64,000 nucleotides of DNA from Nitrososphaeria archaeon (GTDB lineage: Archaea; Thermoproteota; Nitrososphaeria; JACIWG01): the NCBI GenBank assembly GCA_963752255.1, contig CAVVXT010000019.1, positions 1 through 64,000 of the forward strand, given 5' to 3'. Below, in pieces: positions 52,504-62,438 of the stretch. How positions within the stretch are numbered: position 1 is the first letter of the stretch; each line of letters begins with the position of its first letter. The position numbers and the translations under genes are program-made. Under the pieces are notes generated by a model, which was not told the origin of the DNA, made no database searches, and worked only from the letters and a program-made list of their open reading frames with translations.

Positions 52504-53286
52504 ATGAGTAGTTCTAAAAATGGAAATCATGGTATTAGAAATATTGTTATCGTTTTTATCGCGGTTCTTGTAATTATTGTAATCCTCTTGATTCCTGTAA
52601 TACCCTTCGATTATAAAGTCGAAACAACAACAGTAACAACCCAGACTGACACGATACCGACGTCGACTATCCAAACAGTCTTGATATCGACAGAAACCAC
52701 CATTACCAACACGATACCGACATCTCAAATAGTAACCGTAACCGTTCCAGTTCAGACGGCCCAAAGCCGAAGTCAAACTCTGCTTAACTTGGGTTCCTAC
52801 ACACTGCAAGCAAACTATTACTATTCTAGCTATGGTCAAGTACCTGCTGGAAGTGATATTGCAATAACTTGGAGTGCAAGTAATACGGTCAACGTTTATG
52901 CCTTCACTTCAGACCAATATAGTGTGTACACAAAGAACAGCGGTAACGCAAACCCTATCGTTTCACAGAAAAATGTTGCAAGCGGGACCCTTGGATTCCA
53001 TGCTTCAGCATCGGACACGTACTACATTGTCATATTTAATCCTCACAGCACTCTCTTTGGCTTGATAAAAGAGGATGTAGGAATCTATAGTGCTAACGCA
53101 GTTGCTACATGGCAGGAAACAGTTACTACCACCACGACCCAAGTACAAACGATAGCTACGTCCACAACTACGATTCAAACGATACCTACGTCCACAACTA
53201 CGATTAAAACAGTAACTAATATACAGCCTGTGCCAAAACGGACCATGATAAGTTTACTTGACTGGCTACTCGGGATACATCCATAA
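52504..53286 (+). CDS. Membrane-anchored Thr-rich surface protein with central beta-sandwich domain
   Basis: N-terminal TM, two Thr-rich tracts, YYIVIFNP. Confidence 0.75.
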   Translation: MSSSKNGNHGIRNIVIVFIAVLVIIVILLIPVIPFDYKVETTTVTTQTDTIPTSTIQTVLISTETTITNTIPTSQIVTVTVPVQTAQSRSQTLLNLGSYTLQANYYYSSYGQVPAGSDIAITWSASNTVNVYAFTSDQYSVYTKNSGNANPIVSQKNVASGTLGFHASASDTYYIVIFNPHSTLFGLIKEDVGIYSANAVATWQETVTTTTTQVQTIATSTTTIQTIPTSTTTIKTVTNIQPVPKRTMISLLDWLLGIHP

Positions 53287-53904
53287 ATATAATCATTGGA
53301 TTTAAGCTAATAAGATTTTTCTTTGAATAAGAAACACTAAGGTAAAACGGAGTTTCAAGCACATGATACAAATTATTTATGCAATCTCTTACCTTTTATA
53401 TTCTGATTTTGTTAACCCTATGTCTAATCGTGGCGCGTTAATAAGTGGATTACCATTCTATAAAGCGAAATTATTGAATATCATAGCCGAAATGACACGT
53501 TTATCACATAGCAGATAAATCTTAACCATGAGGACTAAACTCTTCTCACGAAAGCGTCTACTTTCTAAGCTCTTCTGGCGTAAACTGCAGTGCTACCTTC
53601 CTCCTTTCCTTCCTTCGAAGGTTGAGCGGTCTGCCCTGAGTCAGCAGCTTCGTGTAGTACGCATGCCACGGGATAAAAGGATTATGTTGAGCGCCCTACA
53701 ATATTCTGACTGATTAAGGCTTTGTTATTTTTATCTATTTTTCTATCATTTGGACTTTCTTCTGATTTATAATTTATGTTATCAGTACGAAAAAGCGGCC
53801 AGTCGAAGCTTCTTATCCAAAGCCTCATAGAGTCGAAGTGAAGGAAAGCTTTCGTCATAAGTTTATTAATATTAAATGTGAAAACAGAGATTAAGGTAAA
53901 CGAT

Positions 53905-54351
53905 ATGAGTGTAAAAGAAAACCTTCAGTTGATGAAGACGCTAGACGACGCATGGAATGCTGGCCCTGGAAGTCCCCTTTGGGAGACCTTCAGGAAACGT
54001 CACACCGAAAACGTCGCCGTCTACTGGCCTGGTCAGCCCGAACCTACAAAGGGGCGGCATAGCCATGACCTGGAAGCTGTGGAATTCTTCAAGACCTTTC
54101 CAGACAACCACCTAATCAACAACCCCTACAAAATCGCATTTGGCCAAGATGACTGGACGTGCAGCATAGCAGACTTTACAGGAACAATGAAAGGCCCTAT
54201 GAAAACTGCAGACGGCAAAACTATTCCCCCAACCAACAAAAAATTCAAAGTTGAATTCTGCACAGTTGCACACTGGAAAAACGGCGAAATCCTAGAAGAA
54301 CGGCTGTTCTATGACCTAGTAGGCTTAATGAAGCAGATCGGTCTAATGTAA
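53905..54351 (+). CDS. SnoaL-like ester cyclase family protein
   Basis: LDDAWN, FFKTFPD, FTGT..GP...IPPTNKKF...W..G.I.EE..FYD. Confidence 0.85.
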   Translation: MSVKENLQLMKTLDDAWNAGPGSPLWETFRKRHTENVAVYWPGQPEPTKGRHSHDLEAVEFFKTFPDNHLINNPYKIAFGQDDWTCSIADFTGTMKGPMKTADGKTIPPTNKKFKVEFCTVAHWKNGEILEERLFYDLVGLMKQIGLM

Positions 54352-54429
54352 ATAAGACAGGCCAAAACAAATCACAAATAAAAACCCAATTATTTCGCTC
54401 AAGCAGATCTAAAACAAAGGTGAAAAATC

Positions 54430-54768
54430 ATGAGTAAAGCCCAAAGACGCAAATCAGGCAACAAGCAAAAAAGCCCAGTCCAAAGCGAAATCGAACGAAA
54501 AGAAAAAGCATGTGTTCTCTTCTACGCAACTTGGTGCCCATTTTCGCAGCGGTTTCTGCCGATCTTCGAAGAATATTCAAAAAGCAACCCAAAAGAGTGC
54601 CTAAGCGTCGTCATCGATGACAAGCCCGATGTCTGCGAAGAATTCGCCATCGACTATTATCCAACTGTGATCCTATTCAAAAAAGGCAAAGTGCACAAAA
54701 GATTAGACGCTCAGCCAGGAGTCGGCCTAAATAAAAAACAGCTTAAGGACCTCATTGAAGAACAGTAA
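54430..54768 (+). CDS. Thioredoxin-fold protein (CxxS)
   Basis: FYATWCPFS, YYPTVILFKKG. Confidence 0.85.
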   Translation: MSKAQRRKSGNKQKSPVQSEIERKEKACVLFYATWCPFSQRFLPIFEEYSKSNPKECLSVVIDDKPDVCEEFAIDYYPTVILFKKGKVHKRLDAQPGVGLNKKQLKDLIEEQ

Positions 54769-54879
54769 GGAGCCTAAAGCCTTGTGGTTTATAGTGGTGT
54801 TTGGTGGCTCTTAATTTTTTTGTGCTAATTGATAGTTAAATCTTTTTAAGTTTGTCAATTATAATACTATAGAAAAGCT

Positions 54880-55704
54880 ATGGAATCGAGTAAGGATCTT
54901 AGGAAGGAGTATCCTAGCGTCCTAGATCGAGCTTACAAGGAATCCAAGAGATATCAAAAGGTAGATGAAATTATGAGCCGAGATGTTATAACAACAACTC
55001 CTGAATCCACAATGTATGAAGTATCTAAGATTATGGGTGAAAAACATATAGGAAGCTTAATTGTGATAAAATATGCTACACCTGTTGCTATAGTTACAGA
55101 AAGAGATTTACTAAGTAATGTCTTATCGATTGGGATGAATTTGAAAGAAGTCACTGTTGAGAAAGTTATGTCCTTTCCTCTAATTTCTATCTGTCCAACA
55201 ATTCAGATAAAGGAGGCAGCTCAAATAATGATAGAGAAAAAAGGAAGACTCGCTGTTTTTGAATGCGGAAAACTTGTAGGAATGGTGACCGCATCAGATC
55301 TTATCCGAAGTTTACCTGAGGCACCTGAAACCCAGCTTAAGGTCGATGACTTTATGACTAAAGAAATTATAGAGTTTGATGAGAGAACTTCCGTTGCCAG
55401 TGTGGTTAAGGCTATGGGCCAGAGGCGCGTTGGCAGTGTCATAGTAACTACCAAAGGACTACCGACTGGCATATTCACAGAACGTGATCTACTTACCACG
55501 TTCCTGGCAAAGGATAAGACTTTGGATGTGCCACTAAGTTCAGTAACGCCATCCTCACTTATTACAGGTTCTTCAGGAATAAGCGTTCATGAAGCTGCTC
55601 ACGTTATGACATCAAAGCACATAAGAAGATTACCTATCAAGAAGGGCGATGCACTAGTAGGTATCGTCACAGCACGTGACCTTGTCGAAGCGTACGCAAA
55701 GTGA
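54880..55704 (+). CDS. Four-CBS-domain protein
   Basis: Repeated V..IM / GS.IV / IVTERD motifs. Confidence 0.9.
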   Translation: MESSKDLRKEYPSVLDRAYKESKRYQKVDEIMSRDVITTTPESTMYEVSKIMGEKHIGSLIVIKYATPVAIVTERDLLSNVLSIGMNLKEVTVEKVMSFPLISICPTIQIKEAAQIMIEKKGRLAVFECGKLVGMVTASDLIRSLPEAPETQLKVDDFMTKEIIEFDERTSVASVVKAMGQRRVGSVIVTTKGLPTGIFTERDLLTTFLAKDKTLDVPLSSVTPSSLITGSSGISVHEAAHVMTSKHIRRLPIKKGDALVGIVTARDLVEAYAK

Positions 55705-56396
55705 ACTCTAGGTTTCCCTCTTTTTTTTTACCTAAAACTAGTTTCAGAGAAGGTTATTAATTGCACTAATTCCAAAAAATAAAAGGTATTTAAAAACAAT
55801 CAGAGGTCATAAAATTTAGGTCAGGAGCCTTCCAAAAAGTGAGCCTTTAAAATGCATAAAAATTTTTTCGACGACGTTATGCATCAAGACACGATAGCAC
55901 TTTTTTAATCTTTTTGTTTAAGTGAAAAGGTCTTTGTTGACTACTTTGCTATGCATCAGAGCTTTGTTCAGGATAAATGGCGCATTTTCTTAATGGCTGC
56001 ACAGTTTTGAGGAATGCTTCACTAATTATCATTGTGGTGAAACAATTTTCCTGTTTGCTGGTCGAATGCAGCGCACTTGTCTTTGCCTTCGAGGAAAAAT
56101 TGTTCTATCGTCAAGATAATTTTAGATCAAAATTCTATATATTTAATGTCAACTAACGATGGACATAGTTTGGTGGGATGTGAGTGGAAGAAGCCGATAT
56201 GCTTGACACCATTTCTTTCTGCTTTAAGTAAATGAAAGAAACGTAGATATTAAAGGAAAATATCTAGGCCCATTAGTTCAAGGCGCTTTGAGCATTCAAG
56301 ACTTGTAGTAGGATTTTTAGTAGATTTCCTTCAGCGCGCGCAAAAGTCGATGTCTCCAAACCCCATTATATTTAAGAAGTAGCTTGTTGTTTTTAA

Positions 56397-57179
56397 TTGA
56401 CGTGGTTGCCCATGAGCCCTCTTGGCCTGTTGATTCTTGCTTTTTGCTTATGTTTGTTTCTGACAGTATTTCTCGGCTCATTTCGACTGAAAACACCGCG
56501 TAGGGTGAGCATTCAAGGAATCGAAGATCCCCTTGCAGCGGAAGCTTATGATCGAATCAGCCGTATGCCCCAGTTTGGGTTATTCAGACAAAGTTTCGTG
56601 AAGAAACTGAAGAGGTATGTCGAAGAAGGATCAATCACTGACGTCGGATGTGGCCCAGGATATCTTCTGCTGCTCATAGCGAAGGAATTGCCAGTACACA
56701 AGTTGGTTGGTGTTGACATTTCAGAGGAGATGATTGCAAGAGCAAGAGTCAACTTTAGCTCAATAGGGCTTGGCGGAAGGGCTGATTTCAAGCTGGGCTC
56801 TGCTGACCACTTGCCATTTGAGGATAACACTCAAGACTTCATAGTGAGCACCCTTTCTCTTCACCATTGGGCTGATCCTCAATGCGCATTTGACGAGATT
56901 TACCGTGTCCTCAAACCTGGCGGGCAGGTGCTAATACTGGACCTACGGAGAGACGCTCGGAGAGTATTCTTTTGGCTTCTTTGGTTCGCTCAGAACGTGG
57001 CCCTTAGGGCAATTGGTGCAGATGTGATGAGGAAGATCAACGAACCAATTGGTTCGTTACTCGCCAGCTATACTTGTCGAGAGATCGAAGACATCTTGTC
57101 GAGGACTTACTTCGATGACTACGAAGTTGAAGGAAAAATGGGATGGATCTATCTCTGGGCAGGAAAAAAAGTGTATTGA
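56397..57179 (+). CDS. Class I SAM-dependent methyltransferase with N-terminal TM anchor
   Basis: DVGCGPG, GVDIS, LPFED, SLHHW, RVLKPGG. Confidence 0.9.
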   Translation: MTWLPMSPLGLLILAFCLCLFLTVFLGSFRLKTPRRVSIQGIEDPLAAEAYDRISRMPQFGLFRQSFVKKLKRYVEEGSITDVGCGPGYLLLLIAKELPVHKLVGVDISEEMIARARVNFSSIGLGGRADFKLGSADHLPFEDNTQDFIVSTLSLHHWADPQCAFDEIYRVLKPGGQVLILDLRRDARRVFFWLLWFAQNVALRAIGADVMRKINEPIGSLLASYTCREIEDILSRTYFDDYEVEGKMGWIYLWAGKKVY

Positions 57180-57252
57180 AGCCGAGAACTTAGTACACAA
57201 CATAGCCGTGTTTAAAAAGATATTATCTTTGAATAGTATACTTGTTGGTGGT

Positions 57253-58449
57253 TTGATAGGGGCTCAAAGTAAGATCTTTAAGGATAGGGAGAAACTGTCT
57301 CCCCGTTATGTACCGTCAATCTTGCCACATCGTGAGAAACAGATTGAAAGCCTTTACAATTCCTTCAGAGAAGCCCTGGCTGATCCTTCTAGAGCGCTAT
57401 TGAAGATTATCCAGATAATTGGACCTGCTGGCTCCGGGAAGACAAGCAGCGTTCTGAGGTTTGGTCAGAGGTTTGAACAGGACGCTGCAAGACTGAAGCG
57501 CGATATTAGACATGTCTACGTTAACCTGAAACTTCAGGGCGGAAGCAGAGTTGTACTCTACAGGTACCTTTTGGAAGCTGGGGCTCCTGAGGTATACTCC
57601 TCCAGTCTGAGTGCGGAAGAAATGTTGCGAGTGATGCTCCGGCAACTTCGAGAGAGGAAAAGATACCTACTGATTTCACTTGATGAAATTGACTATTTCA
57701 TAAGGAGCACAAAGGAAACTGGCGTGGTTTACGATCTAACCCGTCTCAACGAAATTGAGTTGGGGAAACCCTGTAACGTGTTAGGTGTCATCTTCACTGC
57801 AAGAAGCAAGGACTTCCACGAAAGGCTTGATCGAGCTGAACTCAGCACACTCGGTAGGATCCCGATAGAATTCTCCTCCTACACTTCCATTGAAATCGTT
57901 GACATCTTAGCTGACAGAGTCAAGGAGGCTTTTCAGCAGAGAGTTGTATCGGATGAAGTTCTAGAATATGTCGCAGACTTGACGGTAAGCTCTCCTGTGA
58001 ACGGTGACCTAAGATATGCCCTTGACCTACTTCTATATTCAGGTAACCTAGCAGAGAACCAGGGAGCTGAACAGATTCTGCCAGACCATGTCCGCCGAGT
58101 GCATGGGGAAACCCATCCTTCGATTACAGAAGAAGATATTCTGAACCTCCCCAAAAAGGAGCACCTTATAGCACTTCTGGCTGTGGTCAAATCGCTCAGA
58201 AACACGAGGAAGACCTACACTTCGATGAGAGATATACGTCTCAACTGTGGGATGATATGTGAAGACATGCACCTTAGGCCAACTGAAGACCTTGACGACT
58301 ACCTTCAGGACCTACACGACAGGCGGATAATCGAAATACGTTCTCTCAAAGAGATAGGCATAAGCGGAGTGCCAACAGAAAACCTTGGACTCTTCTTGGA
58401 TAGTTTGTTCAAACGGTTGGAGACTGGGCTGAATGTACGTCAATCGTAA
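57253..58449 (+). CDS. cdc6: Cdc6/Orc1-family AAA+ ATPase
   Basis: IFKDREKLSPRYVP..LPHRE, GPAGSGKT, LDEID, GDLRYALDLL. TTG at 57253 behind GGTGGT preferred over 57049. Confidence 0.92.
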   Translation: MIGAQSKIFKDREKLSPRYVPSILPHREKQIESLYNSFREALADPSRALLKIIQIIGPAGSGKTSSVLRFGQRFEQDAARLKRDIRHVYVNLKLQGGSRVVLYRYLLEAGAPEVYSSSLSAEEMLRVMLRQLRERKRYLLISLDEIDYFIRSTKETGVVYDLTRLNEIELGKPCNVLGVIFTARSKDFHERLDRAELSTLGRIPIEFSSYTSIEIVDILADRVKEAFQQRVVSDEVLEYVADLTVSSPVNGDLRYALDLLLYSGNLAENQGAEQILPDHVRRVHGETHPSITEEDILNLPKKEHLIALLAVVKSLRNTRKTYTSMRDIRLNCGMICEDMHLRPTEDLDDYLQDLHDRRIIEIRSLKEIGISGVPTENLGLFLDSLFKRLETGLNVRQS

Positions 58450-58717
58450 AAGAGAAATCGAGGAGGGCCTTGGAACAATAGGCAGGATAAAGGTTATGGC
58501 AGAGCTGGCCAAGAAACCCAACGAATCCCTCACAAAATATTCTCTCCTAAAGGGTACAGGGCTAAAGCGAAGCGATCTGAACGAGAACCTCAGGCACCTT
58601 ACCAACATCAACTGGGTAAAGGAGCTTAGGGCCATACACCTCAGGTATCAGATCAACCTGGACAACCCCGTAGTCCGGGTTCTATACAATTTCTTCAAGG
58701 AGTCGGAGTACATTTAG
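58433..58717 (+). CDS. Small wHTH protein overlapping the cdc6 stop
   Basis: GRIKVM..LA...TKY.L...TGL.......L..L...WV...YQIN. Confidence 0.75.
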   Translation: MYVNRKREIEEGLGTIGRIKVMAELAKKPNESLTKYSLLKGTGLKRSDLNENLRHLTNINWVKELRAIHLRYQINLDNPVVRVLYNFFKESEYI

Positions 58718-58736
58718 GAAGACGGTGTTAACCCCA

Positions 58737-58808
58737 CCCTCTCCCCTAAGGTCCTTCATCCAATTAATATCGTCCTCTAGGCTATTTGTCGTGGAGGTCA
58801 GAAAGATG
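58737..58808 (+). repeat. 72-bp upstream region, copy 1 (copy 2 at 59854..59925 precedes radA)
   Basis: CCCTCTCCCCTAAGGTCCTTCATCCAAT(T/A)AATATCGTCC...GAGGT.AGAAAGATG shared without gaps. Confidence 0.85.
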
Positions 58809-58863
58809 GCAATAGACATGAATGATGATACAGGTATCACTCCCATCCTCTAGAAATTAGAAA

Positions 58864-59295
58864 ATGGTGAAAGTGAATGGGGAAATAGATGTAGGCCGTT
58901 TAGCAGACAGTTTATCCGATAGGATGAGTAGCAGGATTTCTAAAGTCATTTCTAAAGTTATGAGGGAGGAGCTCAATTCACGTCTCCCGCCATCATATGA
59001 GATGAAAAAGTTCACGGATGAAATTCAAATACTGATAAAAGCTGCCTCTTATGGAAGAAAGAGGGTGTGGAAATCCATCCTCGTAGTTGGGACGATGGTT
59101 ATGACGAAGGATCTTACGGTAAAAGATGTCGTAGAAACATTAAGGTGTGATAGGACAACAGCCTACAGGATTTTGAAGAGGTTGCTCGAATTTGGTTTCG
59201 TCGAAAAGGATGGACGATTTTATAGATTGAATAGCAAAGTCTGTCCAGTGCTATACTCCATGACTAGAAGAACGCTTTTTGTGGTCAGGGAGTAG
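58864..59295 (+). CDS. wHTH DNA-binding protein
   Basis: LTVKDVVETLRCDRTTAYRILKRLLEFGFVEK. Confidence 0.8.
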   Translation: MVKVNGEIDVGRLADSLSDRMSSRISKVISKVMREELNSRLPPSYEMKKFTDEIQILIKAASYGRKRVWKSILVVGTMVMTKDLTVKDVVETLRCDRTTAYRILKRLLEFGFVEKDGRFYRLNSKVCPVLYSMTRRTLFVVRE

Positions 59296-59366
59296 TGATG
59301 TTGCATGTACTATGCTACAAAAGTTTTTCCAACGTTGCATGTATGTAATATTATATTGCGACTTGG

Positions 59367-59552
59367 ATGAATCAAACGATTTCCAAAAATCGGCCAAATA
59401 AAAGGAAAATGCTAAGTCTACTTGCGATTCTGTTTGCATTTTTACAGGTTTTTCTTCTACTTCCTAATCTCCCAGATATTTTTACAATTCTATTTGTCAT
59501 CATTCTTGTTATTCCCATTATCTCTGTTGTATTGGGGAAAGGTAGGTTCTAA
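59367..59552 (+). CDS. Small membrane protein
   Basis: Two hydrophobic stretches. Confidence 0.45.
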   Translation: MNQTISKNRPNKRKMLSLLAILFAFLQVFLLLPNLPDIFTILFVIILVIPIISVVLGKGRF

Positions 59553-59571
59553 ATAATGGAGGTTAAGGATT

Positions 59572-59754
59572 TTGACTGAAAAAGATAATTGGACTAAAAG
59601 GGGGGTAGAAGTTGATATATCAGTGGCGTTAGCTTATTGGTTCTACGAAATTTTATACAAAATGCAGAACATTACTGAAGCCCAAAGATACTTTCTTTTT
59701 ACACTTATTATATTCGTTGGCTTCTTCCTGTACTTTCAGTGGTTCAAGGAATAA
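59572..59754 (+). CDS. Small membrane protein
   Basis: Two hydrophobic stretches; GGAGGT upstream. Confidence 0.45.
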   Translation: MTEKDNWTKRGVEVDISVALAYWFYEILYKMQNITEAQRYFLFTLIIFVGFFLYFQWFKE

Positions 59755-59922
59755 TCCGAAAACTATACTTTAGCTTGTAATAGACATATCTACGGAGAGG
59801 GATTATTTGTGTATTATATGACATTCCAGAAAAGCTGTATTAAACCCACCCTCCCCTCTCCCCTAAGGTCCTTCATCCAATAAATATCGTCCCATAGAAT
59901 ATTTGTTGTTGAGGTTAGAAAG

Positions 59923-60915
59923 ATGTCTGTAACCGTATTTGATATGGAGCTCCACGACTTAGAGGGTATTGGGCCGTCAACTGAAAAGAAGCTTAAGGAC
60001 GCTGGGATAGAATCTGTTCTCGATCTCGCAGTCGCCCTACCAGATGAAGTGGCTGATAAGATCGGTGGTGCGAAGGAGAACGCGAGTGCCATGATATTCG
60101 TCGCCCAAAAGGCGTTGATGGAAAGCGGCTTAATCGATAAGGAGTTCGTTCCAGCAATAGAAAATTATGAGAAGAGAAAGTCCATGATTAGGTGTACGAC
60201 AGGTTCGAAGAACCTTGACAGCCTGCTCATAGGGGGTATTGAGACTCAGGCTATCACAGAGTTTTGGGGTGACTTTGGCTCCGGCAAGAGCCAGCTCTGT
60301 CACACCCTCTGCGTGACAGCACAACTTCCAATAGAGAAGGGTGGATTCGGGGGAAATGTGATCTTCATAGATACTGAAAGCACCTTCCGCCCAGAGAGGA
60401 TTTACCAGATAGCTGAAGCAAGAGGGTTAGACCCAATCCAAGTTCTCAAGAACGTTATAATCTGCAGGGTCTACAACAGCAGCCACCTTGAGCTGGCGGT
60501 CAAAAGGCTCGGAAAATACATCGAACAGTACAACGTCAAGCTCGTCATTGTTGATAGTATAATATCCTTGCACAGGGCTGAGTTCGTGGGAAGAGGGACG
60601 CTGGCTGAGAGACAGCAGAAGCTGAACGGTCTCGTGCACCGTCTTCTCAGGATGGCTGAAATCTATAACGTGGCGGTAGCAGTTACTAATCAGGTTCAGG
60701 CACAGCCGGACACGTTCTTCGGGGACCCTACAAAGCCTGCTGGAGGGCACATTTTAGGGCATGCCTGCACGTACAGGGTCTACTTGAAGAAGGCTGGGCA
60801 AGAGAGGATCGCAACGATTATCGACAGTCCTTATCATCCCTATTCAGAAAACCGCTTTGTAATATCGGAGAAGGGAGTGGAGGATCCGGAGCCAAAGAAG
60901 GGCAGAGAAGGTTAG
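59923..60915 (+). CDS. radA: DNA recombinase RadA
   Basis: HhH N-domain LEGIGP, GGIETQAITE, GDFGSGKSQ, IDTESTFRPER, IVDS, TNQV, GGHILGH. Confidence 0.95.
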   Translation: MSVTVFDMELHDLEGIGPSTEKKLKDAGIESVLDLAVALPDEVADKIGGAKENASAMIFVAQKALMESGLIDKEFVPAIENYEKRKSMIRCTTGSKNLDSLLIGGIETQAITEFWGDFGSGKSQLCHTLCVTAQLPIEKGGFGGNVIFIDTESTFRPERIYQIAEARGLDPIQVLKNVIICRVYNSSHLELAVKRLGKYIEQYNVKLVIVDSIISLHRAEFVGRGTLAERQQKLNGLVHRLLRMAEIYNVAVAVTNQVQAQPDTFFGDPTKPAGGHILGHACTYRVYLKKAGQERIATIIDSPYHPYSENRFVISEKGVEDPEPKKGREG

Positions 60916-60940
60916 ATACCTTAAGGGGAGAGAGGTCGAA

Positions 60941-62092
60941 GTGAGCCTTCTCCTTGGAGGCGACCACAGGATGGGCGACAGACCTACGCCAATTATTCAG
61001 ACCGCTCTGGAGGACTTTGATGAGCAGAGGAAGAGGCAGAAGCTGACGACAGGCTCCGGTGACCTAGATAGCCTGATAGGTGGAATTGAAGGAGGATTCT
61101 TCTACCTGTTCTACGGTGAGCCAGAGATACTTGATCTCCTCATACATCGTCTTCTTGTAAACTGTGTTATGCCAGCCGAAAAAGGTGGCCTTGATGCAAA
61201 AGCAGTCTACTTTAACAACACCGACTACTACGTCGGCAAGACTCTAATCGATCCATCGAAACTCGGCATGCTAGCGAAGCATGTGGGTATAGATCCTTCC
61301 CTTGTCTTCAAAAATGTAGAGGTAGCGGCAGCATTTAATGAAGAAAGACAATGGTTTGCGTCAAAAGAGGTTGTAGATTTGATAAGAGAAAAAAAGGAAA
61401 TTAAGCTTCTCGCAGTCCACAACATAACACGCTTCCTTGTAAACTCGAAGAAGCCTAAGGAGTCCAAGGAGGTTCTGAAGAAGGTTGTAGGCAACCTTTG
61501 GAGGGCGGCATCTGAAAACCATGTAGCCTTCGTTATGACCGTTGATGCCATAGATACAGGTAAAGTATTGGCTCCCAAGCCGTTAGGTGGCATCTACATA
61601 AGGCAAGCAGCTTCAATCTTAGTTCATTTCAGAAAGTTCTGCGATGGGCCAATATCGTCCTATAAGGTAACGCTTGTGAAGCATCCATATAAGAGGGCTC
61701 CAGAGTCCATAGTGCTATATGTAAGCCAAGCTGGCTCTTTAGACCTAATGACAGGAAGGAACGTTCCATCCTTCCAGCAACTTTATGGAGAGTATTTGGA
61801 CCGCCTTAAAAGCTTCTTCCAGAACGATCTCCTAGATCTTGGGCACAGGTCTGCGTTTGATGTCCTGCTTAAGGAAGCTTGGAATATGGAACAGAAGGCA
61901 TTAAGCAACCTAAAGGAATTTACACTTTTGGATGGGCTGAACCTTACAGCATCAGTGGACACTCGTGCACTTATCGAGTCCGTTCAAAGACGCTTCCTCA
62001 CCATAGACGATGAAACTAAAAGGCTCGCTCAAGACATTGAATCAATAAGGAACAGGATCAATGTAACCACGAGGGATGACAAACATGGGTAG
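60941..62092 (+). CDS. Inactivated RadA paralog fused to a C-terminal MGRxxPSF-type helical domain
   Basis: LTTGSGDLDSLIGGI and EKGG match RadA, but Walker A reads GEPEILD and Walker B reads LLAVHN. The C-terminal part aligns with the next ORF. Confidence 0.8.
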   Translation: MSLLLGGDHRMGDRPTPIIQTALEDFDEQRKRQKLTTGSGDLDSLIGGIEGGFFYLFYGEPEILDLLIHRLLVNCVMPAEKGGLDAKAVYFNNTDYYVGKTLIDPSKLGMLAKHVGIDPSLVFKNVEVAAAFNEERQWFASKEVVDLIREKKEIKLLAVHNITRFLVNSKKPKESKEVLKKVVGNLWRAASENHVAFVMTVDAIDTGKVLAPKPLGGIYIRQAASILVHFRKFCDGPISSYKVTLVKHPYKRAPESIVLYVSQAGSLDLMTGRNVPSFQQLYGEYLDRLKSFFQNDLLDLGHRSAFDVLLKEAWNMEQKALSNLKEFTLLDGLNLTASVDTRALIESVQRRFLTIDDETKRLAQDIESIRNRINVTTRDDKHG

Positions 62093-62438
62093 AATAACGC
62101 CTTCCGCGCGCACTCTTTATGAAGAAACGGTTAACGAGCTCAAATCGCAGTATCGGGGTAGTTTAGTCGATCAAGGCCACAGGCAGGCATTCGACCTCCT
62201 ACTCAAACTGGCATGGGAGACCGAGCAAGCGGCAATGGCTAACTCTAATATTCCTGTTGTGATCGATCGGCTCAATTTGACATCAAATCTGCATAACAGA
62301 AAGCTCATCGAAGCTCTTGCAAAGAGGGTGGAGGAGAAGGAGCAGGTCATCAAAGAGATTAAAGAGGAACTTTCCCAACTGAAAGCTCAACTGCACTACT
62401 CTACCACAACAGATGGAAGTGCTCCAAATGGTACCTGA
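62086..62438 (+). CDS. Small helical protein of the type encoded in archaeal PolB2 operons
   Basis: MGRITPSAR...YRGSL...HRQAFDLL; directly precedes the polymerase gene (ORF track start 62076). Confidence 0.75.

Noticed and set aside
57049-57252. N-terminal extension of Cdc6 given by the ORF track
   Set aside because: Overlaps the methyltransferase; Cdc6 similarity starts only at the TTG at 57253
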